Part shown: positions 63,754-64,000 of the stretch, piece by piece
Layout of the letters: every line of letters begins with the position of its first letter
How positions within the stretch are numbered: position 1 is the first letter of the stretch
From: an uncultured Bradyrhizobium sp.
GTDB lineage: Bacteria > Pseudomonadota > Alphaproteobacteria > Rhizobiales > Xanthobacteraceae
Assembly: GCF_964252615.1 (NCBI RefSeq)
Contig: NZ_CAXUNQ010000018.1
Span: 15,528-79,527 of the forward strand
Length of the DNA stretch: 64,000 nucleotides
Reading direction: 5' to 3'
Notes under the pieces: generated by a model
What the model was told of the DNA's origin: nothing
Databases searched by the model: none
Seen by the model: the letters and a program-made list of their open reading frames with translations, nothing else
Translations under genes and position numbers: made by a program

Positions 63754-64000
63754 ATGCGCGCAGGCCGTTTGCTGCGAAGCTTAATGACCTGCCTTGCGCT
63801 CGCGGCGGCGTCGCCCTCTGCAGCCCAGACGCTGGACAAGCTGTCGTTCGGAACCAACTGGGTCGCCGAGGCCGAGCATGGCGGATTTTTCCAGGCGGTG
63901 GCCGACGGCACCTACAAAGCTTACGGCCTCGACGTCACCATCGTGCCCGGCGGACCCAACGTCAACAATCGCGCGCTGCTGATCGCCGGCAAGCTCGATT
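63754..64000 (+). CDS. ABC transporter substrate-binding protein (NMT1/THI5-like), N-terminal fragment (3' end outside window)
   Basis: Not in the ORF track because no stop falls in the window. My own translation from ATG 63754 gives MRAGRLLRSLMTCLALAAASPSAAQTLDKLSFGTNWVAEAEHGGFFQAVADGTYKAYGLDVTIVPGGPNVNN.. This is a signal peptide plus the NMT1-like N-terminus. Confidence 0.75.
   Translation, partial: MRAGRLLRSLMTCLALAAASPSAAQTLDKLSFGTNWVAEAEHGGFFQAVADGTYKAYGLDVTIVPGGPNVNNRALLIAGKLD

Overview
High-GC alphaproteobacterial chromosome segment. Gene content and the short interspersed repeats suggest a Bradyrhizobium/Rhodopseudomonas-like organism; this is inference, no search was run. CDS coordinates include the stop codon. 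Most starts were re-chosen inside the supplied ORFs from N-terminal motifs and Shine-Dalgarno (SD) sequences.

Gene content, in order:
- Bug-family binding protein (partial).
- OYE flavoenzyme next to an AraC-controlled GMC oxidoreductase / CoA-transferase / HMG-CoA-lyase-like operon.
- Three tiny secreted or membrane proteins, one extremely Met/Lys/Gly-rich.
- rpmB and a DUF3108-like gene.
- A conserved Suv3-like helicase / S4 / fdxA / carD block.
- GntR-TRAP-aroQ locus whose dctP carries a frameshift.
- M48/LysM protease and an SNase-like nuclease.
- A large acyl-CoA catabolic cluster: ADP-forming CoA ligase, 2 enoyl-CoA hydratases, 2 acyl-CoA dehydrogenases, a VOC protein (vicinal oxygen chelate / glyoxalase fold) and an SDR.
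- Stress proteins, panE paralogues and a degraded TadG-like pseudogene.
- tRNA-Arg(CCU), followed by a gentisate-pathway island with an extra aryl-CoA branch.
- NitT/TauT-type ABC transporter with an FAD oxidoreductase.
- Glu/Asp uptake pair.
- A translationally coupled ATP-grasp + FolC-type ligase pair. This is my best candidate for an undescribed system.
- PAS_5 protein and a membrane GltB-like FMN protein.
- A two-barrel porin, a creatininase and a partial binding protein.

At least four families of short REP/MITE-like repeats fill many intergenic regions. I recognised no rRNA, CRISPR array, transposase, integrase or phage genes.
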